From contig CAWGZR010000005.1 in the NCBI GenBank assembly GCA_963827165.1, forward strand, positions 256,001-320,000: a stretch of DNA of 64,000 nucleotides. The letters are read 5' to 3'. A program made the translations under genes and the position numbers. Shown here piece after piece: positions 9,357 to 19,766 of this stretch; the stretch's first letter is position 1, and each line of letters opens with the position of its first letter. A model generated the notes under the pieces. The model made no database searches. It was given only the letters and a program-made list of their open reading frames with translations, and was not told the DNA's origin. This stretch comes from Candidatus Bathyarchaeota archaeon (lineage in GTDB: Archaea; Thermoproteota; Bathyarchaeia; Bathyarchaeales; Bathycorpusculaceae).

Positions 9357-9603
9357 ACTCAAAAATGTCACCTCCATTTTAACTGCGCAAAAGTTTACAA
9401 TATAAGAGGCCGAACAACCGCTCATAAACTTATGTGGTTGTAGCATAGCAATAACATGCCAACTAAGCCTTTGCATCTATGTTCCATGCATGGAGAAATA
9501 AACAGGAAACAGATAATTCCGAAAATGTTCTATAACATAAGGGTTAATGAGTTAACTTAAATATCCCAAAGAAATCAAATCTATAACCATTGGGTAACCG
9601 TTA

Positions 9604-11082
9604 ATGAAAGTGCTTCTCGTCAATCCTCCACAGACGTTTTATCCAGGCTCAGAGACACCAGCGGGCAACCTTCCCCTCGGCCTAATGTATATAGCCGCGA
9701 CGCTTATCAAAACAGGATACCAAACGGAAATTTTAGATGCATTCATGGCGGATGGATTAGTCCAAAAAAACGGCGAAACCCTAAATGTCGGCATGACTTT
9801 TGAACAGATAAAACAAGAAATTGCTAGCCGAGAACCTGATATTGTTGGCATAGCAGGACCGTTTACTTGCCAAATAGAGAATTCAATTAAAGTAAGCGAT
9901 TTAGCGAAACAAGTAAACTCCGAAATCTTAACGGTTGTAGGTGGACCTCACGTCACCACTGTCCCGAAGGGTTTTCTTGAGGAGGCGAAAAGCGTTGACA
10001 TCGCAGTTGCTGGCGAAGGCGAATACATAATGCCTGAGATCGCAGCGTTTTTTGAAGGAAAAAAAGCCTTAAATGAAATTCGGGGGATTGCTTTTCGCCA
10101 GGATGGAGAAGTTAAAGTAAACTCTTCCAGAGACTTTATCAAGAACTTAGATGAGCTTCCGTACCCAGCCTACGACCTTGTGGATATGGAGAAGTACCTG
10201 AATCCCAAGATAGGTTACAGAAGCTTCAGAAAAAGAGCCGTCTCGATGGTTACTAGCAGGGGCTGCCCGTTTAACTGTTGTTTCTGCTCAGTTCACCTAC
10301 ACATGGGTCAAGGATTCAGAGCCCACTCCGCAAACTACGTTTTAAACCACATTGAATACATAGTTGAAAAATTCGATGTCAAGAACATTTTCTTTGAAGA
10401 TGACAACTTAACTCTTGACTTGGCAAGGTTTGAAGCCATCTGCGACGGGTTGATTACGAAGAAAATTAAGATCGGTTGGGAAACCCCAAACGGAGTGCGT
10501 GCTGATTGCTTGAACCTGAGTTTGCTTCAGAAAATGAAGAAGTCAGGTTGTAAAAGCGTCTTTTTCGGGGTAGAGTCAGGTGACCAGCAAATACTGGACA
10601 ATATAATCTGCAAGAGTTTAGACCTCAAGCGTGTGGTTGAGGTTGCAAAAATCTGCAAGAACATCGATTTGAAAACAGGCGCCTTCTACATCATCGGTTT
10701 TCCAGGCGAAAAAAAAGAAAACATGCAGAAAACAGTAGATTTTGCCTTGAAACTAAAGCGAGATTATGACGTTGGCATGCATCTCTTCATGGCCACTCCA
10801 TCGTATGGTACAAGGCTATATGAAGAATGCAAATCTAAAGGGTACATAAAGAATAACTTAGGTTGGGATTCTTTTGCTGCGGCTCGCCAGCCAAAGGGGA
10901 TGCCGCTGATTTCTACGCCGGATTTCGCTCCTGAAGAAGTTAAGGAAATTGCCGCTAAAGCGCTTGAAGAATACAAGAAACTGTCATTGAGAAATCACCT
11001 AAAAAACCCTCGAAAAGCACTCAGAACGGCGTTCGAGCAACCGCAGCTCATTGCGAAGTACGTAAGAAACCTCTTCACCTAA
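9604..11082 (+). CDS. B12-binding radical SAM protein (class B methyltransferase-like)
   Basis: PLGLMYIAA, VGGPH, GEGE, SRGCPFNCCFC, FEDDNL, GVESG. Confidence 0.92.
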   Translation: MKVLLVNPPQTFYPGSETPAGNLPLGLMYIAATLIKTGYQTEILDAFMADGLVQKNGETLNVGMTFEQIKQEIASREPDIVGIAGPFTCQIENSIKVSDLAKQVNSEILTVVGGPHVTTVPKGFLEEAKSVDIAVAGEGEYIMPEIAAFFEGKKALNEIRGIAFRQDGEVKVNSSRDFIKNLDELPYPAYDLVDMEKYLNPKIGYRSFRKRAVSMVTSRGCPFNCCFCSVHLHMGQGFRAHSANYVLNHIEYIVEKFDVKNIFFEDDNLTLDLARFEAICDGLITKKIKIGWETPNGVRADCLNLSLLQKMKKSGCKSVFFGVESGDQQILDNIICKSLDLKRVVEVAKICKNIDLKTGAFYIIGFPGEKKENMQKTVDFALKLKRDYDVGMHLFMATPSYGTRLYEECKSKGYIKNNLGWDSFAAARQPKGMPLISTPDFAPEEVKEIAAKALEEYKKLSLRNHLKNPRKALRTAFEQPQLIAKYVRNLFT

Positions 11083-11426
11083 ACCGCTGAGGCTTTGAAA
11101 TCAGCCAATAAAACATGTCACACACTATTTTGAATTGAAACCGCATTTGTCGCAAAAATAAAGCGCTATACAAAAGCAGTCGTTCTCCATTTTTCTTTCA
11201 GGCGTGGTAATATCTTTACCGCAGTTTTGACAGCTAACCATGCAGGCACACGCTTTTGGAAGTTTACATGTCTCGGCGTGGGTGATATTTCAACACTTGT
11301 TGTCTCATTTTTTAACAACATCTCTTGCCCCAAAACAAAAACAGGAAAAAACGGAACCCGAAACGATAACGGCTCCAATTCAATTACTTTAATATGTTCA
11401 TGAAGCCGTGTCTTGTACGGATATCA

Positions 11427-13799
11427 ATGCAAAAACGCATATGGCTGCTAGTTGCTCTGCTGTCCCTCACGTTAATTCAAGCCTTTGGCACGCCGTTGGC
11501 TTTAGGTGCCTCAGCCAATGCGAGCTTGGCTAGCAGCGAATGGGCGATGTTCCGCCAAGACCCAAGCCACAGCGGCTACGTTGCAAATAACGCCACAACG
11601 AATTCTGCTCAACTTCTATGGAATTACTCAACCGACAGAATGGTACAGTCTTCGCCAGCTATTGCATACGGATGCCTGATCGTCGGCTCCAGAGACAGCC
11701 AAGTTTACTGCTTAAACGCCTCCAACGGGGAACTAATCTGGAAGTCTCCAATCAAATCTGAAGTTTGGTCGTCCCCAGCAATCTTCAACTACAGCATCTA
11801 CATCGGAGCTGACGACAGCTACCTCTACTGCCTAAACATAATGAACGGGGTGCCTCTTTGGCGGTCCCAAATCGGAGGAGGACCTGTAAGATCTTCTCCA
11901 ACAATAGCTAACGGCGTAGTCTACGCAAGTTCCCAAAATAATCTCTATGCCCTAAACGCAACAAATGGCAACACGCTTTGGAAACTGCAAAACCTAAACC
12001 CGATAAACTCGTCCCCTGCATTTTCAAACGGTACAGTTTACATAGCCAGCGGTGACGGCCACATCTACGCTTTCAACGCATCGACCGGAATAAAGATCTG
12101 GGCGCATGCAATCAGAACTTCTGAGTCTTCTTCCCCAGCCGTCGCGAACGGTTACGTCTACATCGGCACATATGATGGCTACCTTTGCGCCTTGAACGCC
12201 TCCACCGGCACACAGGTTTGGAAGTTCCAAACAGCCGATGAGATAGAATCTTCCCCAGCAATCGCATACGACTGTGTATACGCTGGCTCCGAAGACAACA
12301 ACCTCTATTGCCTAAACGCAACGTCGGGTAGCAAAATCTGGCAGAGTCCAACAGGGTACTGGATCACATCTTCCCCAGCAATCGCAGGCGGCAACGTTTA
12401 CGTGGGTTCCCAGGATGACAACATCTACTGCTTCAACGCGGCCACAGGAATTAGAGAATGGAGTTACCAAACGGGAAACCTCATAGAATCTTCTCCAGCA
12501 ATCGCAAACAACGTTTTGTATATTGGCTCAGATGACTGGAAAGTCTATGCTTTAGCCTTAACCAACTCAACCGTTCCCCCTCAGCCTTCGCCATCCGCCA
12601 ATCCGATGCCTATAACGACAATAGTGTTTGACGGGATCGCATGCGCCATTGGAGCTGTTGCCATTTTTGTGGTCGCACGATATGTTTACTTTACGCAACG
12701 GCGGAACAAAACCAAGCCAAGCGTTCTCCCATCGCAAGAAAGCTCATGGCTTCAAAGGCATGCCGACGCCGTTTTCATTTTATCAATTCTTGCGTTTTCA
12801 TCGATTTTCTTCGTCAACTTAGGAAAGGGGGTTCTACAAACGGCTGATGAACAAACCTATTCGCAGTGGGCTTACCACATGGTTAAAACCGGCGATTACT
12901 TGACGCCCTGGGCTAACGGCGCAATATCCTTTATGATTGGGAAACCGCCCTTCTTGATGTGGCTCATGTCTTTAGCCTACCAAGTCTTTGGAGTGACCAA
13001 TTTCGCGTCTAGAATTTGGACTGTTGGTTTTGGCGCCATGTCCCTTGTCCTTATCTACCATTTAGGAAAGAAACTTTACAATCGTCCCGTTGGATTCCTG
13101 TCAGCGATTGTTTTAGGCACCTTCATAACCTACAACGTTTTCGCAAGGTACGCAATGACCGACGTCCCGTTAACCTGCTTCGTTTTGGCAAGCATATATT
13201 TCTTCGTCTTAAGCGAGGAAAAAGAAAAACAAATTCGAAATGCAACTTTAAGCGGCTTGTTTTTCGGCTTAGCTCTGATGACAAAGCAGATTGCTGCCCT
13301 GTTGATTCCGCTAATTATTTTTGCCTATTTGGTTACGACGAGGAGGAGCCTGCGGTTTCTCTTCAAGAAGAGCTTTACTCTTTTGTGGGGTGTTGGGCTT
13401 CTGTTGTTTTCTCCCTGGCTTATTTACATGGCAGCCCGATTTGGAAATCAGTTTTGGCAGTGGTACTTCCTCTACGCCGACGTCGAACGGTCTGCGAGCG
13501 CTGTTGAGGGTCACTTTGCAAGCTGCCTCTTCTACTTCAACTATTTAGTGCACAACGACAACTGGCTTTGGCTCGCACTGTTACCCTTCGCTGTGGCAAC
13601 CTGCGCTTACGAAGCCATTGCAAAACGGAAAAAACCGGATATGCTTGTCTTCCTTTGGATGGCGATCGTTCTCTTAGTGTTCAGTTTAGCGCAAACAAAA
13701 ATTTACTGGTACATCATGCCAGTTTTCCCTGCCTTCGCATTAGCTATTGCAGCTCTACTATTCCTATTTGTAAAGAGAATAACCCAACAATTAAGATGA
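11427..13799 (+). CDS. Secreted PQQ-like/BamB-type beta-propeller fused to an ArnT/PMT-like (GT-C) glycosyltransferase
   Basis: Signal peptide, WAMFRQDPSHSG, about eight SSPAI..VY.GS.D..YCLNA.TG..W repeats, then TM helices with DEQTY and KPP motifs; start set at the third Met. Confidence 0.85.
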   Translation: MQKRIWLLVALLSLTLIQAFGTPLALGASANASLASSEWAMFRQDPSHSGYVANNATTNSAQLLWNYSTDRMVQSSPAIAYGCLIVGSRDSQVYCLNASNGELIWKSPIKSEVWSSPAIFNYSIYIGADDSYLYCLNIMNGVPLWRSQIGGGPVRSSPTIANGVVYASSQNNLYALNATNGNTLWKLQNLNPINSSPAFSNGTVYIASGDGHIYAFNASTGIKIWAHAIRTSESSSPAVANGYVYIGTYDGYLCALNASTGTQVWKFQTADEIESSPAIAYDCVYAGSEDNNLYCLNATSGSKIWQSPTGYWITSSPAIAGGNVYVGSQDDNIYCFNAATGIREWSYQTGNLIESSPAIANNVLYIGSDDWKVYALALTNSTVPPQPSPSANPMPITTIVFDGIACAIGAVAIFVVARYVYFTQRRNKTKPSVLPSQESSWLQRHADAVFILSILAFSSIFFVNLGKGVLQTADEQTYSQWAYHMVKTGDYLTPWANGAISFMIGKPPFLMWLMSLAYQVFGVTNFASRIWTVGFGAMSLVLIYHLGKKLYNRPVGFLSAIVLGTFITYNVFARYAMTDVPLTCFVLASIYFFVLSEEKEKQIRNATLSGLFFGLALMTKQIAALLIPLIIFAYLVTTRRSLRFLFKKSFTLLWGVGLLLFSPWLIYMAARFGNQFWQWYFLYADVERSASAVEGHFASCLFYFNYLVHNDNWLWLALLPFAVATCAYEAIAKRKKPDMLVFLWMAIVLLVFSLAQTKIYWYIMPVFPAFALAIAALLFLFVKRITQQLR

Positions 13800-14126
13800 A
13801 AAACGTTTGGTAGCACGTTTCCGCTAAGGTGATCCTTTTTATGGATTCCCATGTTCTTTCGGCTTTAATCATTCTGAGTCACTTGATGTTTTATGCGATC
13901 TACCCGAAATTTTTCTGCTATTGATCTATAGATAGGAAGAATCGGTTCCTAATCATCAAATATATTTATCAGTTATGCTAGAAGTCCAGTGGATTTGCAA
14001 GAGCTAACTTAGAAGAAGCGCTTGTATGAGAGTAGGAATCTGCCTGAAGCCTGTGGGCTTGGCTGTTGGCTGTTCTACGATTAATTGCGAAATCTGAGGT
14101 TTCAAAAAATATTATGAGGATAAAAC

Positions 14127-17100
14127 ATGAAGAATCTACAAGTCTTAGCAATTACAGTTCTAATTGCGTTATCAATTTGCGCATTCGCGGCTATACAAGC
14201 TAGAGCTCAGGGCACTGTTTCTTACTTGATCGTTTCAAGCGGTCCTTCTCAGAGTGCGGGTTTGCCTTTCACTTTCACTGTTACAGCTTATAACTCGGAT
14301 GGCACAGTGGCGACGGGCTACACAGATACGGTAACATTCACTTCTTCGGATTTGGGAAAAGACGCAGTTTTGCCACCTGATTATACGTTTACCGCTGCGG
14401 ATACTGGAGCAGCAAGTTTCTCAGCTACACTAGTAACTGCCGGTATCCAGTCGATTATAGCAACCGATACCTCGAACAGTTCGATTAATGGTTTACAAAG
14501 TGGCATCCAAGTTAATCCGGGTGCTTTGAATCACTTTGGCATCTCAGTTCCAAGTTCAGTGACGGCGGGTTCAAGTTTTGGAGGTGTCACCGTGACAGCT
14601 TATGACGCTTATAACAACGTGATTGCGAATTATGCTGACTCAATCTATTTCACTTCCTCAGATCCAGCAGCTACTTTGCCTTACACTTCCTTGGGTGAAT
14701 ACCCCTTTGTTAGTAACGACAGTGGATCTCACACATTTTCTGGTTTCACTTTGGACAGTGCCTCCTCTCAAACAATTACTGTCACCGACGGCGCATTGCC
14801 AACACAAAGCACGTCAATAACAGTGAATGTTGGTTCAGTAAGTAAGTTTGTTGTCGGTAGCCCAGCTTCAGCGACCGCTGGGACTGGTTTCACCCTCACC
14901 GTCACCGCTGAAGACGCTTATGGGAACATTGTCACAAATTACACCGGTCCTGCCGGTCTGAGCGCTTCATCGGGAACAATTGCTCCCACGACCACGGGAA
15001 CTTCCGGCTGGACGAGCGGAGTTTGGAGTAGCCCGGTTACTTTGACGACCGCAGGGACGATTATTGTCACCGTCGATGATGGCAAAGGCCAAACCGGCAC
15101 CGCTTCTGTAACTATAAGTGCTGGTCCTTTGGCTACTGTTACTGTTTCTGGTCCATCTTCGGTTACGGCTGGCGGAACCGCGACTTTCTCCGCCTCAGGT
15201 TACGACGCCGAGGGCAACAGTTTAGGCGTCCAGACAGCTGCCTGGAGTATTACGCCGGGCGCCGCTGGTTCTTGGAGCAGTGACATTTATACTTCTTACA
15301 CAACCGGGTCTTGGACTATTACAGCAACGGTTTTAGGTTTTGCTGGCACAGCGCCCTTAACCGTGACTGAAGGTGCTTTGGCTACGCTTTCGATTACCGG
15401 GCCATCTTCTGTTATTGCGGGCGCAGATGCAACTTTCACCGCTACCGGTTTTGACGCAGAAAGCAATAGCTTGGGAGTTGAGGCAGCTTCTTGGAGCATA
15501 AGCAGTGGTGCCAACGGTTCCTGGGTTCAAAGTACTGGCACGTATACTTCAGATATAGCTGGAGCCTGGACTGTTTCGGCTTTGGTTTCTGGTGTCACTG
15601 GAACGGCTTCTTTAGCGGTGAATTCGGGTCCTGCTACTAGCTTTTTGGTTTTGGGGTTTCCAACTCCTGATGCGGCGGGTGTCGCTCACACAGTCACGGT
15701 TACAGCTTTTGATGCATATGGAAATGTAGCTACTGGCTATATTGGCACAGTTAAGATTACTTCAAGCGATGGAGAAGCCGCTTTGCCTGTGAATGCTGGC
15801 CTCAGTAATGGCGCTGGTCCTTTTAGTATCATTTTAGAAACGGCTGGCCCACAATCGATCACTGCGACAGACACTGTTACTAACTCTATTGCTGGATCTC
15901 AAACAGGCATAACGGTGGACGCTGGAGCATTAGCCACAGTTACGGTTTCTGGCCCAACGTCGGTTACTGCCGGAGCAACTGCAGCTTTCACCGCTACGGG
16001 TTACGACGCTGAAAGCAACAGTTTAGGGGCTCAGACAGCTTCATGGGGCATAACCAATGGAGCTGGCGGTTCTTGGGTTCAGAGTACTGGTGTTTATACT
16101 TCGCAGACCACTGGGTCATGGACCGTGCAAGCTTCCGTTTCAAGTGTGGTCGGAACTGCTTCGTTGACCGTGAACCCTGGTGTTGCTGCTCGCTTAGCAG
16201 TTTCATGTGAGACATCTCAGATCGCAGGCACTCCGTTTACCGTTACGGTTACCGCAGTTGACGCTTATGGAAATACAGCCAAAGAATATGCTGGAACTAT
16301 TCATTTTAGCTCTTCCGACTCTGGGTCTGGAGTAAGCTTGCCCAGCGATTATACATTCCAATCTGATGATCTCGGTACTCACACTTTTTTTGACAACGTC
16401 ACTTTGATAACGATTGGCACCCAGTCAATAACAGCTACTGATACCGTGAGCAACTCACTTACCGGTTCCCAGACCAGCATAACAGTCACCGTTGCCTTAG
16501 GCATTCACTTTGTGGTTTCGGGTTTCACGAGCCCCGCTACTGCCGGCGTTGCTTCTGCCGTAACAGTAACCGCTAAAGACCTGTATGGAAACGTGGACGC
16601 AAATTATACTGGAACGGTCTCGATTACTTCAAGTGACAGCAAAGCGATTTTGCCTTCCAATACTACTCTTACTTTGGGTATTGGCGCTTTTACAGTTACT
16701 CTGGAGACTGCCGGCACTCAGTCGATTACAGCAACCGACACAACAAATAGCACGATTAGTGGAACTGAAACGGGCATTTCTGTTGCTCATACAGCCGTAG
16801 CCCAAGTGGTAATTTCTCCCGCTGATTCATCGATAACTGCCGGAGAGTCACTCATTTGTTTTGCCACGGCTTCAGACGTTTACGGCAACACTTGGAATGT
16901 AACTTCCACAACAACTTGGGGGATAAACTCTCAGGCGGGAGGCTCATGGAGCAACAACGTTTACACTTCTGAAAAGGCTGGTTTCTGGAATGTGACTGGA
17001 ACCATAAACGATGTGCCTTACATTACAGGTTTGACAGTTAATCCCGCTAGCATGGATCATTTTGCCTTTAACACCGTTGCAACCCAGACTGCCGGCTCCG

Positions 17101-17807
17101 GCTTCAGCATAACAATCACTGCCCTTGACGCATACGGCAACACGGTTACTGGGTACAGTGGCACGCCAGCTTTGAGTGTTTCAAATGGAACCATCGCTCC
17201 GACTGTTACCGGAGTTTTCTCGAGCGGCGTTTGGACAGGAATAATTAATCTGACAGCGCCCAGTTTAGACGTTACAATTAAGGCTGCGGACAGTAGCTAT
17301 TCGGGGGTGAGCACCCCTTTTGCGATCAATCCTACTATTTTTGCTTCTGCCGGCTTGGGCGGATCAATTAGTCCGACTGGAAGTATAACCGTTAACTACG
17401 GCGGCAGTCAAGAGTTCAATATATCGGCAAATGCGGGTTACTCTGTAGCGGATGTTTTGGTTAATGGGGCTTCAGTCGGCGCCGTCAGTTCCTACACTTT
17501 CAGCAACGTTGAGGATGAATATAACATATCTTCAACATTTGTCAGCACCCCAACTTCAACCCCTGTCCCAACGCCATTGCCCTCGACGTCCCCCCAGCCC
17601 ACTGCCTCTCCCGAACCGACGACTAGACCCATGCCTACTGGTACTCCCGGCGTACCTGTACCGACCACGCATAAACCAACTTCGTTACCAACGATAGGAC
17701 CATCTCTGGAAGTTGTGCTTGTCGTCCTTACAACTACCGCCGGAATAATCATAGTCATGACTGTTATAGTTGTCGTGCGGCTAGGACGAAAACCTAAAGA
17801 AACATAA
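14127..17807 (+). CDS. Large S/T/G-rich cell-surface protein with Ig-like repeats, Pro/Thr linker and C-terminal membrane anchor
   Basis: Signal peptide; repeated VTA.DAYGN...Y.GT..TSSD and GGSW..YTS..G.WT units; PT-rich stalk, hydrophobic helix, basic tail. Confidence 0.85.
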   Translation: MKNLQVLAITVLIALSICAFAAIQARAQGTVSYLIVSSGPSQSAGLPFTFTVTAYNSDGTVATGYTDTVTFTSSDLGKDAVLPPDYTFTAADTGAASFSATLVTAGIQSIIATDTSNSSINGLQSGIQVNPGALNHFGISVPSSVTAGSSFGGVTVTAYDAYNNVIANYADSIYFTSSDPAATLPYTSLGEYPFVSNDSGSHTFSGFTLDSASSQTITVTDGALPTQSTSITVNVGSVSKFVVGSPASATAGTGFTLTVTAEDAYGNIVTNYTGPAGLSASSGTIAPTTTGTSGWTSGVWSSPVTLTTAGTIIVTVDDGKGQTGTASVTISAGPLATVTVSGPSSVTAGGTATFSASGYDAEGNSLGVQTAAWSITPGAAGSWSSDIYTSYTTGSWTITATVLGFAGTAPLTVTEGALATLSITGPSSVIAGADATFTATGFDAESNSLGVEAASWSISSGANGSWVQSTGTYTSDIAGAWTVSALVSGVTGTASLAVNSGPATSFLVLGFPTPDAAGVAHTVTVTAFDAYGNVATGYIGTVKITSSDGEAALPVNAGLSNGAGPFSIILETAGPQSITATDTVTNSIAGSQTGITVDAGALATVTVSGPTSVTAGATAAFTATGYDAESNSLGAQTASWGITNGAGGSWVQSTGVYTSQTTGSWTVQASVSSVVGTASLTVNPGVAARLAVSCETSQIAGTPFTVTVTAVDAYGNTAKEYAGTIHFSSSDSGSGVSLPSDYTFQSDDLGTHTFFDNVTLITIGTQSITATDTVSNSLTGSQTSITVTVALGIHFVVSGFTSPATAGVASAVTVTAKDLYGNVDANYTGTVSITSSDSKAILPSNTTLTLGIGAFTVTLETAGTQSITATDTTNSTISGTETGISVAHTAVAQVVISPADSSITAGESLICFATASDVYGNTWNVTSTTTWGINSQAGGSWSNNVYTSEKAGFWNVTGTINDVPYITGLTVNPASMDHFAFNTVATQTAGSGFSITITALDAYGNTVTGYSGTPALSVSNGTIAPTVTGVFSSGVWTGIINLTAPSLDVTIKAADSSYSGVSTPFAINPTIFASAGLGGSISPTGSITVNYGGSQEFNISANAGYSVADVLVNGASVGAVSSYTFSNVEDEYNISSTFVSTPTSTPVPTPLPSTSPQPTASPEPTTRPMPTGTPGVPVPTTHKPTSLPTIGPSLEVVLVVLTTTAGIIIVMTVIVVVRLGRKPKET

Positions 17808-17829
17808 AAGACGCAAATCCAAACGTAAC

Positions 17830-18120
17830 CTAAGTTTTCAATCCTGCATTTCTTCTTTCAAGTTCTTCAATTTCTTTTCGTTTACCACGCATTTTGATGA
17901 CAAAAAAAACTGTAAAGCCTAAACCAAGAATTACGCTTACAGACAGACCGAACAAACTATTCGTTCGAAACGATGAATTTGCATTAATAGACAGAATCAG
18001 AAAACTAATTACCAAAAGACCAAAAAATCCCGCAGCGCTGAAGCTCAAAAAACGGTAAGCTTTGGCGTCCGCCTCAAGCTTTACAAGTTGAATTTGCAGC
18101 TCTTTATCCTTATCTTCCAA
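17830..18120 (-). CDS. Small two-TM membrane protein
   Basis: Two hydrophobic helices with charged termini. Confidence 0.55.
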   Translation of the reverse strand: MEDKDKELQIQLVKLEADAKAYRFLSFSAAGFFGLLVISFLILSINANSSFRTNSLFGLSVSVILGLGFTVFFVIKMRGKRKEIEELERRNAGLKT

Positions 18121-18469
18121 GATGATTTGATCAAACTGATAAATTGCGCTTTTGGAATTTAAGCATGCACAAAAGTTTCCATTGAATGACCTACAAAAGG
18201 ACCTGTGGACAAAGACTTTACAATTTTTGGCGGTCGCTAGGATGCGTCTAAAAGTTTAAGCGAATCTACTTTAGAATAGCAATCAATACGTCGATGATCA
18301 TATCTTTATTGTGATGCGAACATTTATAGTCAAAGTTTACGTATTTTGATCTGCGGAATAGCACTGCAATGTGCAACCGGAAAGAAGAAGACCAGCAAAC
18401 TCGAAGATATTCGAGAAATGTGGGTCTTTGCTTCTGAGCCGGGCTGTGTTTGTGTCAGGTTGAGGAATC

Positions 18470-19372
18470 ATGACTGAAAGATTAAATATTATTATGGAAA
18501 GGCCATTTGAAGTGGATAGTTCAGAATACCCGTTCAAAGATAACTGGTTGTCTTATCGCGATGGCTACATTCATTATCTTGATGAGGGAAAGGGGCCTGC
18601 TGTTCTGCTTCTCCACGGAAATCCAACGTGGTCCTATATTTACAGAAATATCATCAAGGAATTGCAAGGAGAATGTCGCTTGATCGCTTTGGATTATCCG
18701 GGATTCGGGATGTCAAAAGCACCGTCCCAATATGGGTTTACGCCCCAAGAACAATCAGAGGCGGTCCTCGAATTAATCCGTCATTTGCAATTAAAAAACA
18801 TCGTCCTTGTGGTTCAAGATTGGGGTGGACCCATAGGTATGAACTATGCAGTTCAGAACAGATCAAACCTTCGCGGACTCGTGGTGATGAACACTTGGGC
18901 ATGGCCCGCATCATTTCTTCAAAGACTATTCTCCCTTGTAATGGGGGGATGGCCCATAGGCTACTGGCTTCAAACACACAGAAACTACTTCGCAAAAGCG
19001 ATGTTACCCGACGGAATTTCCCACAAGGAAAAGGTCACGCCTAGTTTGAGAGAAGCCTATACTGACCCATTTCCGACGGTGGACTCAAGAAAACCCACCT
19101 ATATTTTTCCCGGGCAGATAAGAAAAGCCCATGCGTGGCTGGGAAAGATTGAGTCAAAACTCCCGATTCTCGGAGACCTGCCAACACAAATTGTCTGGGG
19201 GGTAAAGAACGATCCAGGTTTCGGAGCTAAAGAATTAAAAAAGTGGCAAGGATTTCTAAAGATGCATGAAACTGAGACCCTTGATGATGCATCACATTCT
19301 GTTCAAGAGGATCGACCCGAACGCGTCGTCGCAGCTATTCGAAGAGTTCTAGAGAGAACTCAGGATAAATAG
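18470..19372 (+). CDS. Alpha/beta hydrolase, haloalkane dehalogenase-like
   Basis: HGNPTWS, DYPGFG, VQDWGG nucleophile elbow, ASHSVQED. Confidence 0.88.
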   Translation: MTERLNIIMERPFEVDSSEYPFKDNWLSYRDGYIHYLDEGKGPAVLLLHGNPTWSYIYRNIIKELQGECRLIALDYPGFGMSKAPSQYGFTPQEQSEAVLELIRHLQLKNIVLVVQDWGGPIGMNYAVQNRSNLRGLVVMNTWAWPASFLQRLFSLVMGGWPIGYWLQTHRNYFAKAMLPDGISHKEKVTPSLREAYTDPFPTVDSRKPTYIFPGQIRKAHAWLGKIESKLPILGDLPTQIVWGVKNDPGFGAKELKKWQGFLKMHETETLDDASHSVQEDRPERVVAAIRRVLERTQDK

Positions 19373-19635
19373 AAGTAAGAAATTCGAAATATCTCGTTGC
19401 TAAGGTCACCTCTTACTGGGATCCAGCGTATTCAATTTTCGCCAGTATCATCGTAATTGCGACTCCTTGACACATACTTAGGAAACGCTAAAATTCCTTT
19501 TTAATGAATGAAAAGCGTAGCAACAAAGTGAACTGCTCTAGCATGACTAATGCGGCACTTCATCTCGTTCAAGCCTGAATTATGGGATTCGTTTAATAAA
19601 ATAGGCAAACCGCTAATTCTTTTGGAAAGAGCGAC

Positions 19636-19714
19636 TGGCGGGCCCGCTGGGATTTGAACCCAGGATTCTCGGCTCCGGAGGCCGATGCCTTAATCCGTGC
19701 TAGACTACGAGCCC
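19636..19714 (-). tRNA. tRNA-Arg(CCG)
   Basis: GGGCTCG...TCGGC-CTCCGGA-GCCGA...GGTTCAAATCC...CGGGCCC-G-CCA cloverleaf with encoded CCA. Confidence 0.95.
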
Positions 19715-19766
19715 ACAGCCCACATTCATAAAACGAAAACAACTCAGCAAATTTAAAGTTAGCCGC

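Noticed and set aside
18228-18245. TGGCGGTCGCTAGGAT, a weak match to the tRNA-Arg 3' end, as a possible att site
   Set aside because: Short, needs gaps and mismatches, and there is no integrase nearby
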